Of a DNA stretch of 50,196 nt, positions 35,168 through 45,326 are shown piece after piece. Location: positions 1-50,196 of the IMG/VR virus record IMGVR_UViG_3300036832_000479; one strand, written 5' to 3'. This DNA comes from a virus. Lineage: Duplodnaviria > Caudoviricetes. Position numbers and translations under genes: made by a program. How positions within the stretch are numbered: position 1 is the stretch's first letter; every line of letters starts with the position of its first letter. The notes beneath the pieces were generated by a model that did not search any database, was not told the DNA's origin, and saw only the letters and a program-made list of their open reading frames with translations.

Positions 35168-35392
35168 TCAGGGAACCGCGCGGAAAAATCCGCAGCCGCA
35201 TTTGCATCGGTCGCCGCCTGCATATTCGGTGCCGCACCGGACGCATAGCATGGCGGCCGTTAGGACGTACCTGGAAGCCTGCTGACCATGATAGTTCGGG
35301 TCGCGCGTCCAAACGTCGTCCTGGCACCACAGGCGGCCTTCGGGGCCGCCGGCACCGGGCTCAAGATAAATCACCCGCGGATCGGCTTTCAT
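35168..35392 (-). CDS. Hypothetical protein with Cys-rich C-terminus
   Basis: GRLWCQDDVW motif; CVRC...CKCGC; overlaps within leftward operon. Confidence 0.55.
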   Translation of the reverse strand: MKADPRVIYLEPGAGGPEGRLWCQDDVWTRDPNYHGQQASRYVLTAAMLCVRCGTEYAGGDRCKCGCGFFRAVP

Positions 35393-35646
35393 ATCGCGGC
35401 TCCGTTATTTTTTTTAGCAGTCGACCACCCGGAATAATCCAGGGAGGGCGATGTCCGGCAAGCGCCGCCACCGATGCAGGGTGGCGGGCTCGCGGACCCA
35501 GAGAAACCGTAACCCGGTTTCGCGCTGAATGAAAAGCACCGCGCGGCCGGCTTCGACGGCTTCGATCTCGGACAGGATGAACAGGCCACCCGCCGGCCTG
35601 ATTTCTTCGACATCGACCGGCAGGCTGTCCACCCGCAGAAGGATGC

Positions 35647-35961
35647 TCATTTCGGGCCTCGCGGTGGCAGCGGAGGCAGCTCCATGAATTCGTTCAAATC
35701 CATCATCGGAGCGGCCACGCGCAGCTCGACAACCCGCGATGCTCCGACCCGCGCCTCAGCCGGTGCGATCGTGTTGGATTCTTCCCATCTTTCAAGCCGG
35801 TCAAGCGGGTACAAAATGCGGCCGCCGAGCTTTACGAAAGTCGGGCCGCGGCGCTGGCTTCGCCAATTGGCAAGCGTCTTAGTCGAATAGGCTCCGTCGT
35901 AGCGCGCAGAAACCTGACCCGGCGTGAGATATCTCACGCCATCCTCAAAAATCTTCAACAT
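35647..35961 (-). CDS. Excisionase/AlpA-like HTH protein
   Basis: YLTPGQV...TLANWRSQRRGPTFVKLGGRILY. Confidence 0.85.
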   Translation of the reverse strand: MLKIFEDGVRYLTPGQVSARYDGAYSTKTLANWRSQRRGPTFVKLGGRILYPLDRLERWEESNTIAPAEARVGASRVVELRVAAPMMDLNEFMELPPLPPRGPK

Positions 35962-37565
35962 GGCTGGACCTCTTGCGAGCAGCCATCCCTCAGGAATAGA
36001 GTAGACTCGGAGTCTTCAGCAAGACAAGGCATTTCGTTAACACTTGACACTGACATCAGGATCACGACCCGCGCTGCTATAGATTTACTGAGCCGGAATA
36101 AGGCGTTACGGCCGTTTTTGGTTAACATGTCGAAACGATCGAAAACAACCACAGCCGATCCGTCGTGTTCCGCTATCGCTGCCTGAACGGTAGTACGGGC
36201 GCGATACTGCTCTGACTCGCTCAGTAGCGAATAAGGACGGCCCGCATACGATAGTGTGAGATCGGGGTGCATTACTACGGCGCCCCACTCGGCGATCTTT
36301 GACAGCCGATCTAGTATTTCCGAGAACTTGGATAGTGCTGCATCCAGGACATTCTGTCTCAGGCCAGTCGGCGCAAGCAAACTGACAACGGTAACGTGCG
36401 CAGTAATGCCGCTTTGCAATGCTGATGCCGCTATAAAGCTCTGAGAATTTTTCGCGGTTTTTCGCCAAGCCTCAAGGTTTGCCAGCGTATCTTCGTGCGA
36501 CTGCGCGTCGCCCAGTGATTTTCCGTGATTATTAAGGTCCGCGTCAGCTTGCTCGGCAGCTTCAAGCCGGGTTCGCGCGGCGACGGCTTCGGCCTGCGCG
36601 GCTTCGATCCTGCCGGCGGCCACGGTGATCGCTTGCCGGGTCCGCGCTTCATCGTCGGCGCTGGCGCGCTGCACGCTGTCGACCTTGACGAGCTTTCCGT
36701 TCTGGAGCGCGACGTCACAGCCGCATTCCGGGCACGACAGGGCGCGGCGCGATTCCTCTACCGCGTGCAGCTTCAGCCTGAGATCGTCCAAATCGACCTG
36801 TGCGGCGCGCATCTTCTCGCCGGCATCGCGGATCGCTGCCCGCTGGGCCTGAGCAAGCCCGGCCGTGGTGCGCAGGCGTTCCACATCGCTGCTGGCGACG
36901 GCCTGTCGCTTCAATGCCTCGGTATGGGCCTTCTGGGCCTCGCTGACGGCCGCGGCGATCCGGTCCGGTGAAAGCGTCGCGTCAAACCCTTCAGGCGTCC
37001 AGTGGGCCGCCCTGCGCGATCCATAGCGCTCGCCCGTGGTTTGCTCCCACCGGCCTTTGAGTCGCGACCCTTCTTCCCGGAAATGCTCGTGCGCACCGTC
37101 CCAGCCGCGGACCTCAACTTCCCGCACGACCGACTCAACCATAAACGGCAGCTCGACAAGCTCCGCGCGAAGCTGTTCGATCGTCGGCACGGCCTCCAGA
37201 ATAGCCTGCCACGCTTCGGCGGCCTTGGCGGGTTCCAGGTTCAGCGGCGACGCGATGCCGGCGGCGTAAGCGGATGACCAGGGTGGCGTGCCTTCGGTCC
37301 AGGCTTTGCCGTCCGGGAAATGGATGATGGCGCGGCCTTCGTCGTCGCCGATCTCGGCAGATGCCACCGCGGCGCCGTCGCGGACATAGGAGCCGTACTG
37401 AGATTTCTTGACGGCGCGCACCGGGTTTTCACCCGTCAGCGCGGCGCCGATCGCCCAGGCCAGCGAGGTTTTGCCGGCGCCGTTGTCACCGCCGATCAGC
37501 GTGATTCCGTTGATGGGAATGGCGGCCTCGTGGATGCCGCGGAAATCCCGGACCTTGGCAAGCAT
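35955..37565 (-). CDS. Rad50/SbcC-like ABC ATPase with coiled coil and zinc hook
   Basis: GDNGAGKTS Walker A, CPEC hook, LSESE signature, VVFDRFD Walker B. Confidence 0.8.
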   Translation of the reverse strand: MLAKVRDFRGIHEAAIPINGITLIGGDNGAGKTSLAWAIGAALTGENPVRAVKKSQYGSYVRDGAAVASAEIGDDEGRAIIHFPDGKAWTEGTPPWSSAYAAGIASPLNLEPAKAAEAWQAILEAVPTIEQLRAELVELPFMVESVVREVEVRGWDGAHEHFREEGSRLKGRWEQTTGERYGSRRAAHWTPEGFDATLSPDRIAAAVSEAQKAHTEALKRQAVASSDVERLRTTAGLAQAQRAAIRDAGEKMRAAQVDLDDLRLKLHAVEESRRALSCPECGCDVALQNGKLVKVDSVQRASADDEARTRQAITVAAGRIEAAQAEAVAARTRLEAAEQADADLNNHGKSLGDAQSHEDTLANLEAWRKTAKNSQSFIAASALQSGITAHVTVVSLLAPTGLRQNVLDAALSKFSEILDRLSKIAEWGAVVMHPDLTLSYAGRPYSLLSESEQYRARTTVQAAIAEHDGSAVVVFDRFDMLTKNGRNALFRLSKSIAARVVILMSVSSVNEMPCLAEDSESTLFLRDGCSQEVQPC

Positions 37566-37575
37566 GGCGGGACCC

Positions 37576-38415
37576 TCAAAAGGGGGATTGCGGATCGAAC
37601 GCGCGCGGCTTGGCGACCCGCCTGGGGCCGTCCGGTTTCGGGTCAGGTGCGCGCTGCTCCGGCTCCGTGGCTGGACGTATGGGCTCGGCTGGTGCGTCTA
37701 CCGGCGCATCCGGCACCGGATCGGGTGCCGGCACGTGCGCGCCTTCTGGCGGGCTGATCGTGGCCCTAACCGGCGCGTGCTCGATAATCTCGCCGGACTC
37801 TTCCATCGTGGGCAGCCCTAGCGAAACCTCCGGCGCGTACAGGCGGGAGAAGAACGCGGCCGCCCGATATCTTAGCATCAGGTCCGGCATGGTTTTCCAC
37901 TTGGAGCCGGCGCGCGTGAACCAACCCTCGGCAACGGCCATGCCGATCGAAACGGTTGGCGATTCCAGCCGTTCGCCGGACGCGTATTCCGTCGCCCAGG
38001 CGACGCAGCTCCGATCAGTGACGTCCATCGTTGCCTCGCGGCGCTCGCGGTTGTCGCGCGGACCCGCCCAATATTCATACTGAACCTTACGTGTGCCCAA
38101 ATCCTCCAACACGAACCGCAGCGGCGAGAATTTCCCGCAGGTGTTTATGGCCGCGATCAGGAATTGAGCGGACCAGCTTGGCCGGCCTTCGATGACGTGC
38201 AAATTCTGCATCACCATCAACGGCGTGGCATTGATCCGCTTGGCGATATCCAGGGCCACGAGGCAATTCGCGACGCCGGGCTCACCGCGATATTCCTTCG
38301 GCACCAGCGAGGACGACGACAAGGCTTCTGCCATCCTGACGGCGGACGTGAAGGAATTTATGTTGCCGAAGATCGAGACTTCAACTTGTGGTGCTGTCGT
38401 TATTAGTTCGTTCAT
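37576..38415 (-). CDS. RecT-like single-strand annealing recombinase
   Basis: VMQNLHVIEGRPSW, SKWKTMPDLMLRYRAA motifs; next to nuclease. Confidence 0.8.
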   Translation of the reverse strand: MNELITTAPQVEVSIFGNINSFTSAVRMAEALSSSSLVPKEYRGEPGVANCLVALDIAKRINATPLMVMQNLHVIEGRPSWSAQFLIAAINTCGKFSPLRFVLEDLGTRKVQYEYWAGPRDNRERREATMDVTDRSCVAWATEYASGERLESPTVSIGMAVAEGWFTRAGSKWKTMPDLMLRYRAAAFFSRLYAPEVSLGLPTMEESGEIIEHAPVRATISPPEGAHVPAPDPVPDAPVDAPAEPIRPATEPEQRAPDPKPDGPRRVAKPRAFDPQSPF

Positions 38416-39101
38416 CACCGGTTGTTCCTTCTCATTCTGGCGTGTAGCGCGAGATGATACTTGTGAGTGCAGATTAATAAATTTTCCGGTCTATTATCGG
38501 ACCGATCCTCGTTTATGTGGTGCACGACTTCGAGTCGCCGAAACGGGCGGCCTAGCGCGCGCTCTGCAATAATGCGATGTTCTCGCTGCTTCGTATTTTT
38601 CCCAACGTTAACCGTAACATATCCCATTGGATCGATGCCTTTGTTTCCCAAGTGCTGAGAATGGAAAGTATCACCCTTTAATCTTGTTTCTACGCCTGAG
38701 CGTTTTATCGCTTTTAGAATAGCAGTATGAGTACAATTCATCGTATCGGCAATCTGTGTACTTGAGATTCCCTTTGCGTACATTTGACAAACTGCGGCAT
38801 AATCTAGCTTTCGCCTCGGGTGCATTTTAATTCCTGAATTCCTAAGGATATTAAATGCAACAGAAACACAACACCCGATAGTCTTCGAAATTAAATCAAG
38901 AGAAGCTCCAGACTCGTATAATGAGACAATCCTTTCCCTATCATATATAAGTGGACTACGTGACTCGATATTGAGATATTTCAATATTTTACTAACCGCC
39001 GGGCGCGAGCAGCCGATTTTTGACGATATATCGGCCTGAGATAGTCCAGACTTATAAAGACTTGCAATTTCGTCATAGTCTAGCTTTCGTTTATTGTTCA
39101 T
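38415..39101 (-). CDS. Free-standing HNH endonuclease with three HTH repeats
   Basis: EHR..AE..LGR, VVHHINEDRSDNRPENL; low GC; start set at ATG 39101. Confidence 0.85.
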   Translation of the reverse strand: MNNKRKLDYDEIASLYKSGLSQADISSKIGCSRPAVSKILKYLNIESRSPLIYDRERIVSLYESGASLDLISKTIGCCVSVAFNILRNSGIKMHPRRKLDYAAVCQMYAKGISSTQIADTMNCTHTAILKAIKRSGVETRLKGDTFHSQHLGNKGIDPMGYVTVNVGKNTKQREHRIIAERALGRPFRRLEVVHHINEDRSDNRPENLLICTHKYHLALHARMRRNNR

Positions 39102-39106
39102 TTCGT

Positions 39107-39931
39107 CTACTTCCATACTTTTGTAATTTTGCAAAATTCTGTGTTAAATGCCGGACAGAATTTGGCACTACATAGCAATGACATGGGATTTTCTGGAAAT
39201 GCGTCTGGATTGCCCGACGCAATGAACGACTGCACGTCGCGCCTGATGCGCAGAATCGATGTCCACGCGATCTGCTCGCAGAGATAGACCGGGAGTCGTT
39301 CCGACTCCGGTGCAGCTTGCGGCCGCCGCCGTGGCGTCCGTTCGACAAAATCGATCACTAGTTCGGTGATGTTAGTGGGCAGCCCTGGAAGCTCTGCCGA
39401 GCGGACCAGCAGCGCATAGGCGCCGAGCTGCGCGTGATAGGACCGCGCCAGCACGCCGGTCTTGATGTCGTGGACCCGGCAACCGCCTTCGACCCTGCTG
39501 ACCACGTCTATCGTTCCGGACAGCTCCCAGCCTTCTCCGAGATCGGCGACGACGCGGCATTCAACGGCGATCGGGTCAATGGCGCGGCCGATGCCGTTAA
39601 TGTAGGCGGTCGCGATCCGGGTGAGCTGCGTGGCCGCGGCGTCGATTGTCGGCGTGGTATCGTCCCAGAGCAGCCCGCCGACCGACTCCATTTTAAGCGC
39701 TTCGATCGCGGCTTCGATCGCTTTGGAAAGACTGAAATCCTCATCCGCCAACCGCGCGCGGTAATAAGATTCCGCGACCCGGTGGACGGCAATTCCCATC
39801 ATGGCGCCGATGGATCGGTCCGTCTCGCGCAGCTCAAAACCAGCCTCCGAGATCAGGCGCCGGTATTGGCGGGCCGCAGCTCGACGCGCGCAATCATTGT
39901 AAGCCGGGAGCATTGAAGCCCGGAGATTCAT
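39107..39931 (-). CDS. PD-(D/E)XK (RecB/Cas4-like) exonuclease
   Basis: SGTID...HDIKTG, QLGAY, terminal C....CP motifs. Confidence 0.85.
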   Translation of the reverse strand: MNLRASMLPAYNDCARRAAARQYRRLISEAGFELRETDRSIGAMMGIAVHRVAESYYRARLADEDFSLSKAIEAAIEALKMESVGGLLWDDTTPTIDAAATQLTRIATAYINGIGRAIDPIAVECRVVADLGEGWELSGTIDVVSRVEGGCRVHDIKTGVLARSYHAQLGAYALLVRSAELPGLPTNITELVIDFVERTPRRRPQAAPESERLPVYLCEQIAWTSILRIRRDVQSFIASGNPDAFPENPMSLLCSAKFCPAFNTEFCKITKVWK

Positions 39932-40063
39932 TTGGAGTACCTGTGACTGTTGATCCCGTTTTATAAGACTTGCCTCGCGTCCGTCAAGTCGCTTATCTTG
40001 GCCTCAGCAAGAAAAAGTAAGCGTCTATTAGTAGACGTCTCGAAATGTGCAAGTAATGATCTA

Positions 40064-40089
40064 GCGGGAACTCCAGGGAAGTGCCGGGA
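40064..40089. promoter_or_regulatory. Three 10-bp-phased NNGGGA repeats in divergent control region
   Basis: GCGGGA, CAGGGA, CCGGGA at 40064, 40074, 40084. Confidence 0.5.
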
Positions 40090-40181
40090 ACTCGGCCGAG
40101 TCGTGAAATGAGTGATTACAATGGCTAACGCGAAAGCCTGCAAACCGAGCTGCGGCGCACTATCGCGAAACGCTTGATTTA

Positions 40182-40427
40182 ATGGAGAAAAAACCAATGC
40201 GGGTGAATTCGAGCGAGCGAAAGATTCTGGTGATGGAAATCAACCTATTGATGGCGCGTGCTCGTGCGGTCGGTCTGGGCCCGTCCGATCTGGCGCGAAC
40301 GGCGGGCGTTACCCTGGAGGAATTTGAGCGCTGGACCGAAGGCGCGAGCATTCCAGGGCTCATCCCGTACCGGCGCATCTGCGCGACCATCAAGGCGATG
40401 GAGACAAGCAAGTCCTACGCCGCCTGA
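40182..40427 (+). CDS. Cro-like XRE HTH regulator
   Basis: GLGPSDLARTAGVTLEEFERWTEG; first gene of replication operon. Confidence 0.7.
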   Translation: MEKKPMRVNSSERKILVMEINLLMARARAVGLGPSDLARTAGVTLEEFERWTEGASIPGLIPYRRICATIKAMETSKSYAA

Positions 40428-40433
40428 GCGGCT

Positions 40434-41831
40434 ATGATCGTCCTGCGGGAATACCAGCAGCGCGCGGCTGAAAGCATCCGCCATGCCTTCAGGCGTGGCC
40501 TGCGGCGGCCGCTCTATGTCGCGCCGTGCGGTAGCGGCAAGACGATCCTGTTTGGCTACATCGCCGCGGAAACGCGACGGCGTGGCAACTCGGTCGTGAT
40601 CGTAACCCACCGTGGCGAGCTGCTTCGGCAGACGGTCAAGGAGTTGGCGCGCTTCGGCATCCGGGCCGGGGTGATCGCGGCCGGTTATGAACAGACGCGC
40701 GGCGAGCCGGTGCAAGTGGCATCGATTCAGACGCTTACCCGGCGCGTCGGGCAAATTCCGGCGCCAAGCCTGATCATCGTCGACGAAGCTCACCACAGTC
40801 TGGCGTCCACCTATCGCGCCGTTCTGGGCGGGTGGTCGTCGGCGCAAGCGCTCGGTGTCACGGCGACACCCTGGCGGATGAACGGCCAAGGGCTCGGCGA
40901 GATTTATGACACGCTGATCCCTGGTCCGGCACCGCGCGAGCTGATCGAGGCCGGCTTCCTGGCTCAACCGCGTTATCTGGTGCCGCCGGTCGTCGCGGAC
41001 CTATCGGGCCTATCCATCCGGGCCGGCGACTATGCGAAGGATGAGATCACCGCGCGCATGGACAAGCCGGTGGTGACCGGTGACGCCGTGCAGCATTACG
41101 CGCGGCTCTGCCCGAACGCGCGCGCCGTCGCCTTCTGTACATCGATCGCGCATGGCGACCACGTCGCCGCGGACTTTCGCAAAGCCGGCATTCCAGCCGC
41201 CCAGATTGACGGCCGCATGAGCGAGGCCGAGCGCATCGGCATGGTCAAGGCGCTCGAAGCCGGGACAATCCGCGTGCTGACATCCTGCGAGCTGATCCAG
41301 GAGGGATTCGACCTGCCGGCGCTTGACGCGGTGATCGTGCTCCGGCCGACGACGTCGCTGGCGTTCCACATTCAATGCATCGGGCGAGCGATGCGGCCGG
41401 CGCCGGGCAAGACTGAGGCGCTTGTGCTCGACCATGTCGGCAACTGCCTCAACCCGAAGCTGGGCAAGGTGGAGGACGATCGCGAATGGACCCTGGAGGG
41501 CCGCACGGTCAAGAAGCGTGTCACGGTCGAATCCGTCCGTTATCGGCGCTGCCCGGAATGCTTCGCGGTCTTCACGATCTGGTCGCGGCACTGTCCTGAG
41601 TGCGGGTGCATCGTCGTCGTCACGGCGCCGTCCATGCCGGAGCAGGTGGCCGGCGAGCTGACGGACCTTGAACAGCTACGTCAAAAGGAGCGCGAACGGC
41701 GCGATATTTCCAACGCGTGGTCGCTGGAATCGCTGCTCGCGCTCGCCAAAAGGCGTGGCTATAAGCCCGGTTGGGCCTATCACATCCAACGCGTCAGAGA
41801 CGAAAGAGGGAAGCGATATGGCCGACGCTGA
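40434..41831 (+). CDS. SF2 DEAD/DEAH helicase with zinc ribbon
   Basis: LREYQ, PCGSGKT, DEAHH, TATP, EGFD.P, QCIGRAMR, CPEC. Confidence 0.93.
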   Translation: MIVLREYQQRAAESIRHAFRRGLRRPLYVAPCGSGKTILFGYIAAETRRRGNSVVIVTHRGELLRQTVKELARFGIRAGVIAAGYEQTRGEPVQVASIQTLTRRVGQIPAPSLIIVDEAHHSLASTYRAVLGGWSSAQALGVTATPWRMNGQGLGEIYDTLIPGPAPRELIEAGFLAQPRYLVPPVVADLSGLSIRAGDYAKDEITARMDKPVVTGDAVQHYARLCPNARAVAFCTSIAHGDHVAADFRKAGIPAAQIDGRMSEAERIGMVKALEAGTIRVLTSCELIQEGFDLPALDAVIVLRPTTSLAFHIQCIGRAMRPAPGKTEALVLDHVGNCLNPKLGKVEDDREWTLEGRTVKKRVTVESVRYRRCPECFAVFTIWSRHCPECGCIVVVTAPSMPEQVAGELTDLEQLRQKERERRDISNAWSLESLLALAKRRGYKPGWAYHIQRVRDERGKRYGRR

Positions 41832-42210
41832 AGGCGCGATTCTGGCTCGCCTGCTTCTCACGCTCGGCGGCCGCCGGGATATCCGCCTGTTCCGCAATAC
41901 GGTCGGCTCTGGATGGGTTGGAAAGCCGGTCCGGATGGTGCAGGAAGACGACGGCCTGACCGTTGTCCTACGCCATGCGCGGCGCGTGACGTTCGGGCTC
42001 GCCACCGGCAGCCCTGACCTTGTCGGATTTCGCAAGCTGACGATCACGCCTGCCCATGTCGGGCAGGATATCGCCCAATTTCTCGGCATCGAAGTGAAGG
42101 CCGGCACGACCCGGCTGACGCGCGATCAGGCGGCGTTCCTGGCGATGCTGGAGCGATTCGGCGCCTATGCCGCGGTGGCTGGTGACCTGCCCGATTTAGA
42201 CGGGCTTTGA
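41818..42210 (+). CDS. VRR-NUC domain nuclease
   Basis: FRNTVG, GSPDLVG, IEVK...Q..FL; start set at ATG 41818. Confidence 0.88.
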   Translation: MADAEGAILARLLLTLGGRRDIRLFRNTVGSGWVGKPVRMVQEDDGLTVVLRHARRVTFGLATGSPDLVGFRKLTITPAHVGQDIAQFLGIEVKAGTTRLTRDQAAFLAMLERFGAYAAVAGDLPDLDGL

Positions 42211-42234
42211 AAGCAAGATGGACGGGGGCGCCTG

Positions 42235-44742
42235 ATGGTTGAGTCCGTCTTCTCAATCCCTGCGAGTGGCAAGCCGGATATTGCGGCCGCGGCGCTGAGC
42301 TACGTCAAAATTGGAAAGCCGATTTTCCCGTGCAACCAGCTTACCAAGAAGCCGCTGGTCAAGCGCGGTTTCTTGGCCGCGTCGCTGGAACCCGATCAGA
42401 TCGCGCGCTGGTGGCATCAGTGGCCGGCCGCGTCAATCGGGATGCCCACCGGCATCGCGTCGGGCCTGTTCGTTATCGATATCGACGTGGGCGACGATCG
42501 GGACGGGCTCGCGTCGCTGCGGCAGTTGGAACAGGCGCATGAGCCGCTTCCCGCTACGCGCACGGTGAGGACCGGCGGCGGTGGCCTGCATCTGATCTTC
42601 CACTATCCCCGCGACCTGGGATTCGACCTGGGAAACTCGGCCGGCAAGCTTGGACCCGGCATCGATACCCGCGGCGAGGGTGGTTACGTCGTGCTCCCGC
42701 CGAGCGGCCACGCGTCGGGACGCTGGTATCAGTTCGACAATATGGAAGCCGAGATTGCCGACCTGCCTGAATGGATCATCGAGCTGCTGCACGTCGTCGA
42801 GCAGCCGCGGCCGGTTGGGTCCACGCAGCTCCCGCACATCAACGGCGAGACGACGCCGTGGGGTCACGCAGCGTTGGACGGCATCCTTGACGAGATGCGC
42901 AGCGCGCAGGTGGGCCGGCGCAATCACACGCTGAACCGGCTCGCGTTCCGGCTTGGGCAGGTCGTGGCAACCGGCGAGCTGTCCGCGAACGCGACCGACC
43001 ATCTGGCGGACGCGGCGCGAACGACCGGGCTCGATGAAAAGGAAATCCGCAAGACGCTGGACTCGGGATTCCAGCGCGGCGCGACACAGCCGGCTATCCA
43101 TGAAACGCTGCCGCCGCGCACGCTCAGGGAAGCTCCGGTCGCGGCCGAGTGGAGTGAGCAGGATCAGGACGCGGTCGGCATCGGCAGTTGGTACGCCGAG
43201 CCGGAGCCAATCGACGCAAAGCCTGAGCTGTTTCTGTACCCGGCGAACCGGCGCCGACATATGAATCAGGTGCATAAACTGCTGGTGGATAATCTGGCAG
43301 CCTACCGCATGGACGGGCGGCTCGTGACGATCCGCGGCAGCGACGGCGAGGAAAAAACGGTGGTTCCGGTTAGCGATTCCGAAATGATGTCAACGATGAT
43401 CGAGGACTACGCGACGATCTATCGAACGAAAAAGGATAAGTGGGTCCCGTCGCGATTTCCGCGCGACGACGCCCACGCGATGCGGGTTGACTTCCTGTTC
43501 TGGCGCTGGCCGGCGCTCGAAAAAATCGTCACGACGCCATTCCTGCGCGCTGACGGATCGCTCTGCGCGACGGATGGCTATGACGCTAGCACCCGGCTTT
43601 ACCTGGATCAGCGCGGCGTGGATTTCGGGCTTAATAGCATTCCGGAGCAGCCGACCGCGACCGATGCCCAGCTTGCCATAGCGACGCTGGATGAGCTGTT
43701 AGGCACGTTTCCGTTTGTCGGGCTGAGCGATGGCAAATGCGCGGCGAAGTCCGCGATCATCGCGGCGATGCTGACGGCCGCGGTCCGGCATTTGATTCCG
43801 ACAGCGCCGATCTTCTGCATCTCGGCGCCTGAAAAGGGTACAGGCAAAAGCAAGCTCGCCGACGTCGTGGCGATCATTCAAACCGGCCGAGCGGCCGTGA
43901 ACATCGGCGCCGAGGGCGACAAGGACGAGCTGCGCAAAATGATCGAAGCTCAGCTCCGGCTGTCGGACCCGGTCATCCTGCTCGATAACGTCACCGGCTC
44001 CGTGATCTCGCAAACGCTGACCCGCGTGTTGAGCCAGGGCACGATTACCGCGCGCATACTCGGCAAGAGCGAGATGGCGACGATTTCAACCGACGTGACA
44101 TGGTTGGCAACCGGCAACAATCTCCGTCTGTCGTCCGACCTCAACCGCCGTGCGGTGCTCGTCAAGATGGACGCTATGACCGAGCGGCCGAACCGCAGAC
44201 ATTTCGGCTGGGAGCCGGAGGACCGGGCCGCCGAGCGCCGGCCACGCTATGTACGGGCTCTGCTGACGATCCTGCGCGGCTTTTTTGCGGCTGGAGCTCC
44301 GACCGGCGGCCTATCGCCGTTCGGGAGCTTCGCGGCCTGGGATCGGCTAGTGCGCGCACCGCTAATCTGGGCAGGTGACCCGGACCCGCTCGACGGGTCC
44401 GACGCGCTTGACGACGACGTAACGGACGAACTGTTCCGCGCCTGGGTGATGGCGACGATTGACTATGCGCTGCCGGCGCTGACGGCGTCGCAGCTTATCG
44501 CAACGATCACGCCGCACGTGGAGGCCAATCGCGCGCTGATCGACCTAGCTGGAACGCGAACGGGCACGCTCGAATCTGCGCGGGTTGGAATCACTCTGGC
44601 ACGGCACGCAAACCGGATCGTCAGGATACCGACAGCGCTGAACGACGGGTTCCGGTTAGTGCGACTTGTTCGCGCGCACGGCCGCGCACGGCTTACCACC
44701 TATCAGCTTCAGGTTGTGCCCGACGAACTGGACTTAGATTGA
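42235..44742 (+). CDS. Bifunctional primase-polymerase fused to P-loop helicase-like domain
   Basis: IFPC..K.P, VIDID, TGGGGLH, YVVLPPS; RNHTLN PriCT-like; GTGKS Walker A, LLDNV Walker B, ATGNN. Confidence 0.88.
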   Translation: MVESVFSIPASGKPDIAAAALSYVKIGKPIFPCNQLTKKPLVKRGFLAASLEPDQIARWWHQWPAASIGMPTGIASGLFVIDIDVGDDRDGLASLRQLEQAHEPLPATRTVRTGGGGLHLIFHYPRDLGFDLGNSAGKLGPGIDTRGEGGYVVLPPSGHASGRWYQFDNMEAEIADLPEWIIELLHVVEQPRPVGSTQLPHINGETTPWGHAALDGILDEMRSAQVGRRNHTLNRLAFRLGQVVATGELSANATDHLADAARTTGLDEKEIRKTLDSGFQRGATQPAIHETLPPRTLREAPVAAEWSEQDQDAVGIGSWYAEPEPIDAKPELFLYPANRRRHMNQVHKLLVDNLAAYRMDGRLVTIRGSDGEEKTVVPVSDSEMMSTMIEDYATIYRTKKDKWVPSRFPRDDAHAMRVDFLFWRWPALEKIVTTPFLRADGSLCATDGYDASTRLYLDQRGVDFGLNSIPEQPTATDAQLAIATLDELLGTFPFVGLSDGKCAAKSAIIAAMLTAAVRHLIPTAPIFCISAPEKGTGKSKLADVVAIIQTGRAAVNIGAEGDKDELRKMIEAQLRLSDPVILLDNVTGSVISQTLTRVLSQGTITARILGKSEMATISTDVTWLATGNNLRLSSDLNRRAVLVKMDAMTERPNRRHFGWEPEDRAAERRPRYVRALLTILRGFFAAGAPTGGLSPFGSFAAWDRLVRAPLIWAGDPDPLDGSDALDDDVTDELFRAWVMATIDYALPALTASQLIATITPHVEANRALIDLAGTRTGTLESARVGITLARHANRIVRIPTALNDGFRLVRLVRAHGRARLTTYQLQVVPDELDLD

Positions 44743-44743
44743 C

Positions 44744-45040
44744 GTGGGACAGGTGACGGTCATCCAGCCTGAAGGGCTGACGCTGCGGCGCATCGCAAAA
44801 GCGCCGATCACGCTGACGCATCTGCGCCGTCTGCTCGGCGGCCGCGAAATCATCCTAATCTGGCCGACCGAGCACGTCCGGATTGACGGTGAGCCGACAC
44901 AGTTCTGGGTCAGGGCCAGTGGCGGGCAGCCGAACCCCACGGCGTCGGCTTTGTGCCGGGTGGACGAATGGCGCCGGCCGCGGCCGATCGAAGGACCACT
45001 CGTGATCCTGACCGGCGACGCGCGCTGGGGACGGGTTTAA
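44744..45040 (+). CDS. DUF3846-like protein, degenerate paralogue
   Basis: Shares WP.EH, QFW, PNP.A, GPLVI.TG with 45327-45638. Confidence 0.55.
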   Translation: MGQVTVIQPEGLTLRRIAKAPITLTHLRRLLGGREIILIWPTEHVRIDGEPTQFWVRASGGQPNPTASALCRVDEWRRPRPIEGPLVILTGDARWGRV

Positions 45041-45303
45041 GCCGGGTCCAGCTTGTATGCCGTGGACACTGAGCTGCGATAGACCTGGACGAAGCGGAAC
45101 CCGGCGCGCTCCAACTCATGACGGGTCTTGGGGCCCAGCCCGGCGACGACGGAGGACCACGCGGCCGACGTGCAGAAACGGGTCTTGAACTGCTCGCGGC
45201 CGGTGTAGTCGTCGCGCTCCAAACGCTCGACCATGAGGCCGCCTTCGCCGAGAACTTGCAGCGCACGATGGGCGCGCGGCGACAGAATTGGAAGATTGGT
45301 CAT
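45037..45303 (-). CDS. Hypothetical protein
   Basis: AATAACGGA leader before ATG 45303. Confidence 0.6.
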   Translation of the reverse strand: MTNLPILSPRAHRALQVLGEGGLMVERLERDDYTGREQFKTRFCTSAAWSSVVAGLGPKTRHELERAGFRFVQVYRSSVSTAYKLDPA

Positions 45304-45326
45304 TTTCGTGATTCCGTTATTAGTGG

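Noticed and set aside
39107-39931. Cas4-like nuclease as part of a CRISPR-Cas system
   Set aside because: No array or other cas genes; context with a RecT-like gene indicates recombination
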